The position numbers and the translations under genes are program-made. 64,000 nt of DNA from an uncultured Candidatus Saccharibacteria bacterium (GTDB taxonomy: Bacteria > Patescibacteriota > Minisyncoccia > Phycocordibacterales > CAIZLB01), in assembly GCA_964627085.1 (NCBI GenBank), contig CAZVIP010000003.1, positions 19,689 through 83,688 on the forward strand, in the 5' to 3' direction. The notes under the pieces are model-generated. The model was given only the letters and a program-made list of their open reading frames with translations, was not told the DNA's origin and did not search any database. Numbering within the stretch: the first letter of the stretch is position 1; each line of letters opens with the position of its first letter. Positions 21,188-30,408 of this stretch are shown here, in pieces.

Positions 21188-21991
21188 TTATTCAAGCAAC
21201 AATAAACCGGCCATGGCAACCACACCAAGCAAAATAACTATAATATGCTTTACAAAATCACTCCTATGATTCTTGCGAAGTTCAGGTATTAAATCTGCGC
21301 CAGCAATGTATAGAAAACCTCCAGCGGCCGCAGCCAAGAAATATGGCAAATAAACCTCTAGCAAGGCAGTGTGCTGATTAAGCAAGAGGACCAAAACATA
21401 ACCAACACAAGCAAATAATGCGGAGACGAAATTGAAGAAGATTGCCTTTTTCTTTGACCAACCAACATACAAAAGCAAACCCATATCACCTATTTCTTGA
21501 GGTATTTCATGTAGCACAATCGCAATTGTTGTCGCGATACCAATCTCAGTTCCAAGCACAAAGCCAAGAGCGATAATTACACCATCGAGCAAATTATGGA
21601 TACTATCAGCAACTGTCACCAAGCCCCCGATATGCTTTCCATGATCATGATCACCCTCTTCGTCCCCATGCGAATGATGCCAATGTAGGCCGTGCTCCAA
21701 TATTAAAAACAGAAAGAAACCAACTAATACCCAACCACCGACAATCGAACTGTTTACCCCCTCAGAAAATGCTTCTGGCAATAAATGTAAAAAAGCGTCA
21801 CCCATCAGCGCACCCACCGAAATACTCACAAGATATGGCAAAAACCTCTTTAACCTATCTTTTGAAAGCACAAATGTTAAAGCACCGAAAAAAGAAACCA
21901 GGCTCACGAGTAGTACAGCCATAAAACCCACAGCCATGTCACTAGCCATAAATGAACTAAAACTTTGATAGATATTTTGCATTGTATTCAT
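21188..21991 (-). CDS. ZIP-family divalent metal transporter
   Basis: HLLPEA, His-rich loop HWHHSH..DHDH, HNLLDG, HEIPQEIGD. Confidence 0.95.
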   Translation of the reverse strand: MNTMQNIYQSFSSFMASDMAVGFMAVLLVSLVSFFGALTFVLSKDRLKRFLPYLVSISVGALMGDAFLHLLPEAFSEGVNSSIVGGWVLVGFFLFLILEHGLHWHHSHGDEEGDHDHGKHIGGLVTVADSIHNLLDGVIIALGFVLGTEIGIATTIAIVLHEIPQEIGDMGLLLYVGWSKKKAIFFNFVSALFACVGYVLVLLLNQHTALLEVYLPYFLAAAAGGFLYIAGADLIPELRKNHRSDFVKHIIVILLGVVAMAGLLLLE

Positions 21992-21993
21992 AA

Positions 21994-23277
21994 TTAATGT
22001 CTATGTACGTGCATGTGTGAGTGATGGATATGTACATGAGCCGTTTCATCGCCCTCATGGCCCGTTCCTGTATTCGTATGAGCAGGCAACCTACCTCTAA
22101 GCATCCAGATGGAAAGAATCGTAGTAATCGGAACCGTAAGTACAAGCCCGATACTACCTATCAATGTCCTGATTACCTCAGTAGATATATCTTCTCGATT
22201 TATTATAGCCCCAATACTTGAATTACCAGCAGTATAAAAAAGCAATAATAGAGGTAAAGAGGCCCCGACATATGCAAGTGCAAGATTATTCACAAGCGCA
22301 CCTATATGCTCTCTACCAATTCTAATTGATCGTTCAAAAATCTTTCTTATGTGTAGATGCGGAGCAGATCGTAGTAATTCTTCCACGATAATCGCCTGAC
22401 CAATAGCAATATCATAGAGTATACCCAAAAGACCGATCATTATCCCCCCTAGCAGCAATCCCCTCAAATCAATATTTCCACCCATATTAAAATTTAGATA
22501 AACAACCTCCTCAGATGATAGGCCAGTGAGTCGCAAAACATATACAGCATGCAAAGTGAGTAAGCCTGTGCAAACAACAGTTACAATCATCCCAATCACA
22601 GCAGATGATGTTGTGCGATTAAATCCATGTGTCACATATGAACCAAGGATAATAATTATCCCGGAAACAAACACAGAAAGCAGGAGCGGTGACACACCCG
22701 CCACGAGCTGTGGTAAATATAGGTAAAAAATAACAAATATACTTGCAAACAAACTTAGAAGCCCTCTCACACCTTGCATACCACCAAAAAATACCGTGAG
22801 AAAAATAAAAATAACTAAGTAGAAAACCAGCCAATTAAGGCGATAAACCTCTGTTGAGGCATATGTGATTTTCCCATCGTATGTCTTGGTGACTTGAACA
22901 TAAAACACATCACCGCTTTTAGTTTTTAGATGATCATCGAGAATAAGAATATCTTTTTCCTTGTCTGGACCCTCTAATAATCTTGCTTTCACAGTCCTAA
23001 GCACCTGTTTTGTGTCAGTCCCAGGTATTGGCAAAAGGTTTTCTGATTCAATGCTCAATACTTTTGCTTTATATACATACACCTCATCAATTCGCATCGT
23101 TGGCCCTTGAGTGTCTTGGTTGACGGATACCTGACCACCAACACCTGCTTCATTTACTTTTTCTACAGTCTTTTTTTCTCCAGTCAAAGTAAAAAAAACA
23201 TAAAGCACAGCGAATAACGCCACACATACCAGAACCCATTTTTTCCTATTTTTCGAGCCGGTGAACTGAAAACTCAT
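21994..23277 (-). CDS. YibE/F family membrane protein with His-rich C-terminus
   Basis: IGLLGILYDIAIGQ, GREHIGALVNNLALAYVGASLP, EVIRTLIGSIGL; tail HVHIHHSHMHVHRH. Confidence 0.9.
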   Translation of the reverse strand: MSFQFTGSKNRKKWVLVCVALFAVLYVFFTLTGEKKTVEKVNEAGVGGQVSVNQDTQGPTMRIDEVYVYKAKVLSIESENLLPIPGTDTKQVLRTVKARLLEGPDKEKDILILDDHLKTKSGDVFYVQVTKTYDGKITYASTEVYRLNWLVFYLVIFIFLTVFFGGMQGVRGLLSLFASIFVIFYLYLPQLVAGVSPLLLSVFVSGIIIILGSYVTHGFNRTTSSAVIGMIVTVVCTGLLTLHAVYVLRLTGLSSEEVVYLNFNMGGNIDLRGLLLGGIMIGLLGILYDIAIGQAIIVEELLRSAPHLHIRKIFERSIRIGREHIGALVNNLALAYVGASLPLLLLFYTAGNSSIGAIINREDISTEVIRTLIGSIGLVLTVPITTILSIWMLRGRLPAHTNTGTGHEGDETAHVHIHHSHMHVHRH

Positions 23278-23278
23278 A

Positions 23279-23956
23279 TTATTTCTTTATTTTCTTATCA
23301 CCTAATTTCTTTGTCTTCAACAGTTTTTTTGTGTGAGCTGCATTTTTTACGCCAGCAATAATCTTTGTGCTGACTTTATTCTTTGTGCCAGTTTTCTTCA
23401 CCCCAGATTTTGTGAGTGCCGGACCAGTACAACCATTGCATGTACCGAAAAACTCAAGTGAATGACCATCTACAGATCTAAAATTTGGCACATGCGCAAT
23501 CAACTTTTCAATTGCAGATTCAATCTGTGTACTCTCAACATGTTCTGCAAAACCACAATTTTTGCACACCACATGGTGACAGCAGTGGTCATGTTCAACT
23601 GCACCGACTATTTCATAGCGAACAACACCGTCATTGAAATGGACTTCTTTTGCCAAATTAACCTTCACAAACTGGTCGACGATTCGGTAGACCGTTGCTC
23701 TGTCTGGCGATGTTTTGCCAAGTTCTTTAATTATTGATTCAACAGTGATAGGTGTTTCTGTGAGGAAAAGAGTTTCAAGGACACCGATACGACCCTGCGT
23801 ACTCTTAAGGCCTGCCGCTTTGAGAAGAGCTGACAGATCATTTGCTCCGGTGCCATGAGTGACACTATCGACACTCTTGGTTTTTGATTTCGCTGATTTT
23901 GCCGATTTCGTTGATTTTCCAGATCTAGGTGTTGTTTGTGGTGTTTTTTTGGCCAT
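23279..23956 (-). CDS. Fur-family regulator (Zur-like) with Lys-rich N- and C-terminal tails
   Basis: GLKSTQGR, ATVYR, HHVVCKNCG, FFGTCNGC; start revised to ATG 23956. Confidence 0.92.
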   Translation of the reverse strand: MAKKTPQTTPRSGKSTKSAKSAKSKTKSVDSVTHGTGANDLSALLKAAGLKSTQGRIGVLETLFLTETPITVESIIKELGKTSPDRATVYRIVDQFVKVNLAKEVHFNDGVVRYEIVGAVEHDHCCHHVVCKNCGFAEHVESTQIESAIEKLIAHVPNFRSVDGHSLEFFGTCNGCTGPALTKSGVKKTGTKNKVSTKIIAGVKNAAHTKKLLKTKKLGDKKIKK

Positions 23957-24035
23957 GTTTTTGGTAGTAGGATGTTGGTATATTTGGATAATTGATAGAA
24001 AAACAATACCACACTTACTCAATATCTCAAATGCG

Positions 24036-24064
24036 ATTATGTACCAATTGCAAATGCATATCAA
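24036..24064 (-). promoter_or_regulatory. Promoter of fur operon with overlapping Fur/Zur-type box
   Basis: Minus strand TTGATA-17-CATAAT; TGATATG-C-ATTTGCA (24049-24063) matches 10/14 of the TGATAAT-N-ATTATCA 7-1-7 box. Confidence 0.5.
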
Positions 24065-24075
24065 ATGCGACAGGC

Positions 24076-24104
24076 TTGCATTAACTAAACCTCTATGCTA
24101 TCCT
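24076..24104 (+). promoter_or_regulatory. sigma70 promoter (TTGCAT-17-TATCCT, extended -10 TG)
   Basis: TTGCAT 24076-24081, TG 24096-24097, TATCCT 24099-24104. Confidence 0.6.
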
Positions 24105-24196
24105 ACCAAATGAAGCAAAGCCTATGCTTCACTGCACAAATCAAACTGACTCAGAGGCAGAGTCAATTCTCGGGTTAGAAAGGCCCAGAAGACATC

Positions 24197-24310
24197 ATGA
24201 ACACCAAGTGGCCCGCATGGGCACTCAAAGGCATCAGCCTCCTCCGCCCCGGTCGGCGCACTGCACTCCAAAAGGGGTGCAATTGCCCAGCCGGGCGCTG
24301 CCGCTGCTAG
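24197..24310 (+). CDS. Candidate 37-aa Cys-tailed peptide MNTKWPAWALKGISLLRPGRRTALQKGCNCPAGRCRC
   Basis: ATG 24197 to TAG 24310; 4 Cys in last 10 residues; below the ORF-track size cutoff. Confidence 0.35.
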   Translation: MNTKWPAWALKGISLLRPGRRTALQKGCNCPAGRCRC

Positions 24311-24404
24311 CGCCTAAGGTTTCTGTGATCGACGCTCCGCTTAACCACAGCTGAGCTAGATCCAGGAATCCTGGCACGACCATGTGTCGTAGCCAAAAAT
24401 ACGC

Positions 24405-24458
24405 AGACCGTTCGCAACAGAACCCTCGTGGTTCAAACGTTGCGGACGGTCTTTTTTT
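24405..24458 (+). terminator. Rho-independent terminator (long stem)
   Basis: AGACCGTTCGCAAC...GTTGCGGACGGTCT followed by T-run. Confidence 0.8.
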
Positions 24459-24572
24459 AACTTTTCTATATTTTAATTTTACATATTTCATCGAATCCTC
24501 GCGAAATACCTCACGAGATTGAATTTAACAGTAGAATACCAAGCCGACAGCAAAATTTGCTATACTGTATAT

Positions 24573-25052
24573 ATGGAAAAAAGCGAACAACAAATCGTCC
24601 AAGGTGCGCAGAGCTTTCGAGATAAGATCGGGAGCAAGGCATTATATATAGGACTCATTCAAGCTATAGTGGCATTTTTGGGAAGTATGACATTTAGCGA
24701 CATTCTCATGTACAAGCCCTGTACACTTTGCTGGTATCAGAGAATTACCATGTTCCCTCTTGCGATATTACTCATTGTCGGAATTGTACGCAGAGACAAA
24801 GGGGTGCATACATATGTCCTCCCGCTCGCAATCATTGGATGGGTGATTTCTCTTTATCATAATTTACTGTATTACAAAATAATTCCTGACACACTCGCTC
24901 CGTGTTCACTCGGTGTATCATGCACAACAAAATATGTAGAATATTTTGGTTTTGTTACAATTCCTCTTCTTGCATTTGTAGCCTTTTCAGTCATCATTAT
25001 GGCTATGTGCGAGCATATGCGTTTTATCAAAACACAGGCAAATACGCAGTAG
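24573..25052 (+). CDS. dsbB: Disulfide bond formation protein B (DsbB/BdbC)
   Basis: PCTLCWYQR, second Cys pair PCSLGVSC, FGFVTIP, 4 TM; ATG 24573 lies 6 nt after TGcTATACT. Confidence 0.92.
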   Translation: MEKSEQQIVQGAQSFRDKIGSKALYIGLIQAIVAFLGSMTFSDILMYKPCTLCWYQRITMFPLAILLIVGIVRRDKGVHTYVLPLAIIGWVISLYHNLLYYKIIPDTLAPCSLGVSCTTKYVEYFGFVTIPLLAFVAFSVIIMAMCEHMRFIKTQANTQ

Positions 25053-25118
25053 AATATGCAGTATAGTACGCAATCAAATTTGCAAACAGCTAACAATTAA
25101 ACATAATAAATAAATTAT

Positions 25119-25784
25119 ATGAATTCAGAAGTTAAAGTTGTATCTATCATAGTCATCCTTACTATCCTCGTCATCATTGGCGGACTATCTCTCACAAGCG
25201 GAAAATCAAATTCAAATAGCACACAAAACGATATCAAAATTGATCCGGCATTTCTCACAAGTAGCACCAGTCCAAGACAAGGGCCTGAAAATAGTAAAGT
25301 CCAAATTGTTGAATTTGCTGACTTTGCCTGCCCTGCCTGCGGTATGCTTGCACCAAACCTCAAGGCAGCCCTTGCTGACTACAAAGACTCAGTCTCATAT
25401 AGCATGCGTATTATTCCAATCCACAACAAGACATCACTCGACTCTGCTGTTGCGGCCTTCGCAGCTGGTGAACAAGGAAAGTTTTTTGAGATGGGAGATA
25501 TCTTATTTGCAAAACAAAGTGAATGGGTAGCCAAACATACACCTGACCTCTTTATCAAATATGCAACTGAACTTGGCCTCGATATCCCAAAATTTACAGC
25601 CACAATTAACTCAAAGGAGTTTATAGACAAAGTCACAGCTCAAATCACTAAAGACAATCAAGATGCAACTTCAATGCAAATCTCTTCTACCCCGACAGTT
25701 ATTGTTAATGGCAAAATCGTCATCATTGGTGTCCAAACCACAGAGACACTCAAGAAGATTGTCAAGGATGAGCTCGCGAAATAA
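25119..25784 (+). CDS. DsbA/BdbD-family thiol-disulfide oxidoreductase
   Basis: TM anchor, EFADFACPAC, AAGEQGKFFEM, STPTVIVNG. Confidence 0.92.
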   Translation: MNSEVKVVSIIVILTILVIIGGLSLTSGKSNSNSTQNDIKIDPAFLTSSTSPRQGPENSKVQIVEFADFACPACGMLAPNLKAALADYKDSVSYSMRIIPIHNKTSLDSAVAAFAAGEQGKFFEMGDILFAKQSEWVAKHTPDLFIKYATELGLDIPKFTATINSKEFIDKVTAQITKDNQDATSMQISSTPTVIVNGKIVIIGVQTTETLKKIVKDELAK

Positions 25785-25902
25785 TATTGCTATACTTGCA
25801 ATGTAATTATGTGTGACCGTGCCCATCAACTATTGACCCATATGCGTCAATAGTTTGGACATAGACATACATTTATTTAATTAAATAAACCGTATATATA
25901 TT

Positions 25903-26217
25903 ATGAAAAATTTCGTATCTGAATTCAAAGCATTCGTCGTTAAGGGCAATGCAGTAGAACTCGCAATTGGAGTTGTTATCGGTGCAGCATTTAATCAAGT
26001 CGTTGACTCACTTGTAAAAGATATCATCCTCGGTGCTATCGCTACATTTGCAAACCAACCTGACTTTGCATCATTCTCATATGGCGCAATCAAATGGGGA
26101 TCATTCATCAACTCACTTGTAAACATGCTCATTGTTGGTTTTGCTGTATTCATGACTATCAAGTTCTTGAACAAAATCACAAAGAAAGAGGTTGCAAAAG
26201 TAAACCCAACTGCATAG
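25903..26217 (+). CDS. mscL: Large-conductance mechanosensitive channel (short form)
   Basis: EFKAFVVKGNAVELAIGVVIGAAF, WGSFINSLVN. Confidence 0.95.
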   Translation: MKNFVSEFKAFVVKGNAVELAIGVVIGAAFNQVVDSLVKDIILGAIATFANQPDFASFSYGAIKWGSFINSLVNMLIVGFAVFMTIKFLNKITKKEVAKVNPTA

Positions 26218-26413
26218 TCCTCAAAAAGCTAAGTGGATTAGGTTAAATCAACAAAACACCCGAAGGTTTGCCTCCGGGTGTTTTTGTTTTGTGCTAAGTG
26301 TGTGAAGACGGGTGAAAAAGCTTTGTAAATAAGGTTATTTTGCAACTCCCTCCTGCCTGCTTGGTCAATAATTGTTGGTATGCAATGCAAGGGTCATGAT
26401 ACATTACGTGTAT

Positions 26414-26443
26414 TTGACAATAAGGGATATAATATGTTATAAT
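26414..26443 (+). promoter_or_regulatory. sigma70 promoter
   Basis: TTGACA 26414-26419, TGt-TATAAT 26438-26443. Confidence 0.75.
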
Positions 26444-26621
26444 ATTAGCAGAAATTTCTTATACTCTTATGAGTATCTGAGTCCGTTTTCCTTCAATCTC
26501 CTATCCGCCACACGATGTGGTTTATAGGATCTTTGAGGGAAAACGGATAGCTCCTTCACAAGATACTGTTTGCTATCCAAAACAAACTGAATGAAACCGG
26601 GGCACTGCCCCACAAAACTGA

Positions 26622-28094
26622 ATGAAAACTGCTACACTGAAAGTAACACACATCGGCCGAATCACCACAGTCTCTCAAGACTTTGCATACGGCTTTATCA
26701 GCATCGCCACGGTCTCCAAGATCGACGATATCCAACACGGTCTTGCGACCACAGTGGATATCTACATCCATCAAAATGATTGCAGCTCACGACCTCTCAG
26801 GGTCGGCATGCTTGTATCATTTGATGTCACACCTGACCTAACACGGGCGGGTGCGTTCCGAGCAATCGGAGCTGTTGAGGAAATCGAGGCAGAACTCCTC
26901 CCTGAAGGCCAACAGCCGATGGAAGGATTCAACGCTCTCGCGCCCTTTGCTGGGACATCCACGCTTGCACAAGCCGATAACGGTGGCTACATCCCGCCAA
27001 CACAAGCACAGGCACCAAAGATGAAGGCTTCCGACCCGGCAACACTCGCATTGGTTAGTGCAAACAACCCGGCGCCTGGCATCCCACGGGACCACACGGT
27101 CCCGGAAAACGTTGACGAGCTTATGGTATTGTTTCTACAAAACCAATACCCCTCGCTAGTTAGTTTCGGTGCGCACTTTGGTCTGGACTCGGATGAAACT
27201 GAGTTCAATGAGCAAGTATCAGCAGCGACAGAAGAACTGAGAGGACTCGGCATGGATACCCAAGTCGGAATCCTCGAGAACGAGGCAGCTCACTTCTTGT
27301 CATTCCGCAAGGCCTTGGTCATTATGAAGCGCGAAAAACTCATCCGGAAAGACGCCATCATCCCGATGGAGTTCTTACCAGACTTCTTCGCAGCAGTTCC
27401 AGTTTGGTTCCATTTCGGAAGTGATGAGGAGCACAGGTTGGCAACTAACGGCGATCAGCGTGGGGCCTTGCTGGTTCCACCAAGAATCAGAGCATTCTGC
27501 AGCATTTTCCCCAACCAAAACTGGGTAGACATGCTATTGATGTTCAATCGCCGTCCAAGAACACACCAGATGTATGCAGGAGATCAAATCCCACTAAGCG
27601 TCCTTCGTCGTGTTCGGGAGATGCTCCCACATTTTGATCACGTGGTCATCATGACCCCTTATCACGATGTGGCAGGAAGGGATTGGCAGAGGCTTAGCAC
27701 CCTCCGTAATCCTGACCCATACATCATTGGAGTCAAGGTAGGGGTTCCATACTTCTTCATTCTCGCCAGGTTCAGCGACAGCGGGACATTCCCTGCTCAT
27801 CACGAACTAATTGCAGACACAATGAAATTCTTGGACAACAACAAGGACAAGTTGAGAGGTTTCAACTCAACACCAGGTCTCGAGTGGCTCGGATACGACC
27901 CTATCAATCCCAGCCGGACAGTAGGGGACATTTCTTCCATGAATGGCATGGGTGTTGGTCGGGCAAACTCCCTCGGTGATCATCTCATCAAAACAGCCGA
28001 AGAAGCTCTCCTTGCTTTCGAGCAAGGAAAACTCTTCGATTGGCTCCGGGGAGCAAAGCTTGAACCAGTGACTGAAACAGCTTCGGCAAAATAA
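26622..28094 (+). CDS. Cold-shock(OB)-domain protein fused to large uncharacterised domain
   Basis: GRITTV..FAYGFI (RNP1-like), DIYIH (RNP2-like), LRVGMLVSFDV..RAIGA; ~400 aa unknown C-terminal part; terminator 28186-28215. Confidence 0.75.
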   Translation: MKTATLKVTHIGRITTVSQDFAYGFISIATVSKIDDIQHGLATTVDIYIHQNDCSSRPLRVGMLVSFDVTPDLTRAGAFRAIGAVEEIEAELLPEGQQPMEGFNALAPFAGTSTLAQADNGGYIPPTQAQAPKMKASDPATLALVSANNPAPGIPRDHTVPENVDELMVLFLQNQYPSLVSFGAHFGLDSDETEFNEQVSAATEELRGLGMDTQVGILENEAAHFLSFRKALVIMKREKLIRKDAIIPMEFLPDFFAAVPVWFHFGSDEEHRLATNGDQRGALLVPPRIRAFCSIFPNQNWVDMLLMFNRRPRTHQMYAGDQIPLSVLRRVREMLPHFDHVVIMTPYHDVAGRDWQRLSTLRNPDPYIIGVKVGVPYFFILARFSDSGTFPAHHELIADTMKFLDNNKDKLRGFNSTPGLEWLGYDPINPSRTVGDISSMNGMGVGRANSLGDHLIKTAEEALLAFEQGKLFDWLRGAKLEPVTETASAK

Positions 28095-28296
28095 GTCCTG
28101 GCGAGGGCCGTCTCGAGATGCAGACAGTATCAATACGAAAGGTGAGTAGACTCACACGCATGAGATGAGCGTTCAACATATTCTCAGCCTCAGACCATTC
28201 CGGTCTGAGGCTTTTCTATTGCATAGGTTTTATGTATCGAAAAAGAGAAATAATCTGTGAGAAAATTTTACCTGTGCTCAAGCCAGAACTTCAAGA

Positions 28297-30300
28297 TTAA
28301 GGCTCAATCTTATCAGGCTCAAGGACGAGTACGTCTTCGGTTTTTTCTATCTCTTTCATTGTATCTGTCATTGCGCCATCTGTAGTTGCACTATGTTTTG
28401 TATCAGTGTCTTGTGTTGCACCCTCGGATTCAGTGGTGACAACAGTGCTCTTTGCATCGACATTTCCGGTGGAGATATTGGACTCGCTCGTAGCTGTAGT
28501 TGTATCACCAGCAGAATTGGTGACGGCGCGACCAGAAGCATCAGACACAGATGCAGACAAAGACGCAGGCACAGCACCAGCGGTCGCGAATTGTGGACGA
28601 CTGGTTTTGCCAAAGATTGTAGCGAAAGGAATTTTCTTGTGGAGTGTTTCGGAGACTTCTTCGAGCTCTTTGCTGCCCAGCGCCTTGAGTACAAAAATAC
28701 CTACGATAATTCCAATACAACCAGCGACAAAGCCGTGAAGGAAAACACCTCGTAGTGTTGTGAGGTCAAATACTCCGTCAAAAATATTGAGCGCTACATA
28801 TGCGAAAAATCCTCCGATGACACCAGCGCCAAGTGAGCCAATCCATACTCTCCATGTTTCGCGAAGCAGAAGGCCGTGACTGAAATCTTTTTCAAATTTA
28901 ACCCAGAATGCGAGTGTGTTTACAATTGTTCCGAGTGTGTATCCGAGCGGTAGCATCAAAATTTCGATACCTGCAATTCCCTCTACTCTAAATAATCTTG
29001 CAAAAAAGTTTCCAAACTCCGGACTCACACGATAAAGCCAGATAAATGCGAGCGGTGATCCAATTGTGAGCACTGATGAAAGTAAATTGATAACAAGTGG
29101 TTTTCTTGTCTCACCTGCTGCATAGTATGCGCGTATAAATAATAATTCGAGAGACTGTCCAACAAGTGATATGACAAAGAGCGCAAGACATGCTGCGGTC
29201 AATCTCGTATTATCCCAATTGAAGTTTCCAGAACCGAGAACAGTTCGTACAATTTGTGCGCGGAGGACTATGAACAAAGCTGAAATCGGAACGGACCAAA
29301 AGATAACATGTCGCATCGCATTGACGATTTGATTCATGAACTTATCTCGCTCCCCTTTTGCAAAATATGCACTGAGTGTTGGAAATGCCGCGAGCGCATA
29401 ACTAACACCAACAATACCAAGTGGTACTGATTGTATATTAAAAGAAAAACTCAAAATAGAGATTGACCCGATGGTGAGTGTTGATGCGAGTGCTGTTAAA
29501 AATACAAGTTCAAGCATTGATGCTGAAAGCGTCAATGTTCGTGGAACTGAAAGTGCAAATACTTCACGCACGATTTTCCAGTCGATATTGCGTGGGAGGC
29601 GGAGGCGCGGGAGGAGGCGCTCTTTTTTAATAAAAGGAATTTGAATACTGAAATGTAAAATACCTCCGAGCACAACACCCCACACCACACCTGAAATGCC
29701 GAGAAATGGCCGTATAAAGAATATACCGAAGATAATGGCCACATTGTATACAATTGGTGAAATTGCATATAACACAAATCTTTTGCGAAGCTGTGTCAGT
29801 GATCCTAGAATGTTTGAAAGCCCTAAACAGATTGGCTGCAAGAGCAGAATTCGAGACAGAAATACAACTTGATCGATCACATGTTGATTATCAGCAAAAC
29901 CTTTGAAGACATTTTTTGTTAACCATGGCATGAGCATGTAGAAAATCGCAGAGAGCACAATCATCATGATTCCAAATGTATTGAAAATTGAATCAAGGAG
30001 ATTGCGGACTTTTTCATGTCCTTTTTCTGAATCACTCTCACTACTTTCTGCGCGATTAATAAATGGGATAATAACTGAGATTGAAACAAGTGACGCAGCA
30101 GTTGCAAAAATTACATCCGGAATTCGAAAGGCAGCATAATAGATATCAAGTGTTTGACCAGCTCCAAAAAAATGTGCCAAAGCTCTGTCACGCACAAGCC
30201 CCAAGAGTTGGGCGAGTAATGTAAAAAATCCAATCAAAAATGCCGCCTGATGGACGCCAATAATTTCACGGTTAAATAGTTTGAGGATTTTGGATACCAT
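28297..30300 (-). CDS. murJ: Lipid II flippase MurJ with Ser/Thr/acidic C-terminal tail
   Basis: LGLVRDR, DIYYAAFRIPD, FPTLS, RAYYA..ETRKP; about 14 TM. Confidence 0.93.
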   Translation of the reverse strand: MVSKILKLFNREIIGVHQAAFLIGFFTLLAQLLGLVRDRALAHFFGAGQTLDIYYAAFRIPDVIFATAASLVSISVIIPFINRAESSESDSEKGHEKVRNLLDSIFNTFGIMMIVLSAIFYMLMPWLTKNVFKGFADNQHVIDQVVFLSRILLLQPICLGLSNILGSLTQLRKRFVLYAISPIVYNVAIIFGIFFIRPFLGISGVVWGVVLGGILHFSIQIPFIKKERLLPRLRLPRNIDWKIVREVFALSVPRTLTLSASMLELVFLTALASTLTIGSISILSFSFNIQSVPLGIVGVSYALAAFPTLSAYFAKGERDKFMNQIVNAMRHVIFWSVPISALFIVLRAQIVRTVLGSGNFNWDNTRLTAACLALFVISLVGQSLELLFIRAYYAAGETRKPLVINLLSSVLTIGSPLAFIWLYRVSPEFGNFFARLFRVEGIAGIEILMLPLGYTLGTIVNTLAFWVKFEKDFSHGLLLRETWRVWIGSLGAGVIGGFFAYVALNIFDGVFDLTTLRGVFLHGFVAGCIGIIVGIFVLKALGSKELEEVSETLHKKIPFATIFGKTSRPQFATAGAVPASLSASVSDASGRAVTNSAGDTTTATSESNISTGNVDAKSTVVTTESEGATQDTDTKHSATTDGAMTDTMKEIEKTEDVLVLEPDKIEP

Positions 30301-30408
30301 TTATTGGCTTATAATAACATGATTTTGGCGATTTTATAATTATTTGAGGATTATTTTTGTGGTTTTGTGCACACTAGATTTAATCCGTATTTTATGATAT
30401 AATATACA

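Larger units (their letters stand above)
24110..24458 (+). ncRNA. Candidate ~350-nt structured RNA (unknown family), or structured mRNA of a small peptide
   Basis: GC-rich island between a promoter and a terminator; at least 7 consecutive hairpins. Confidence 0.5.

Noticed and set aside
24110-24458. tmRNA, SRP RNA, retron msr/msd or CRISPR interpretation
   Set aside because: No tRNA-like GGGG..CCA ends, no SRP helix-8 motif, no reverse transcriptase or cas genes in the window, and no repeated units
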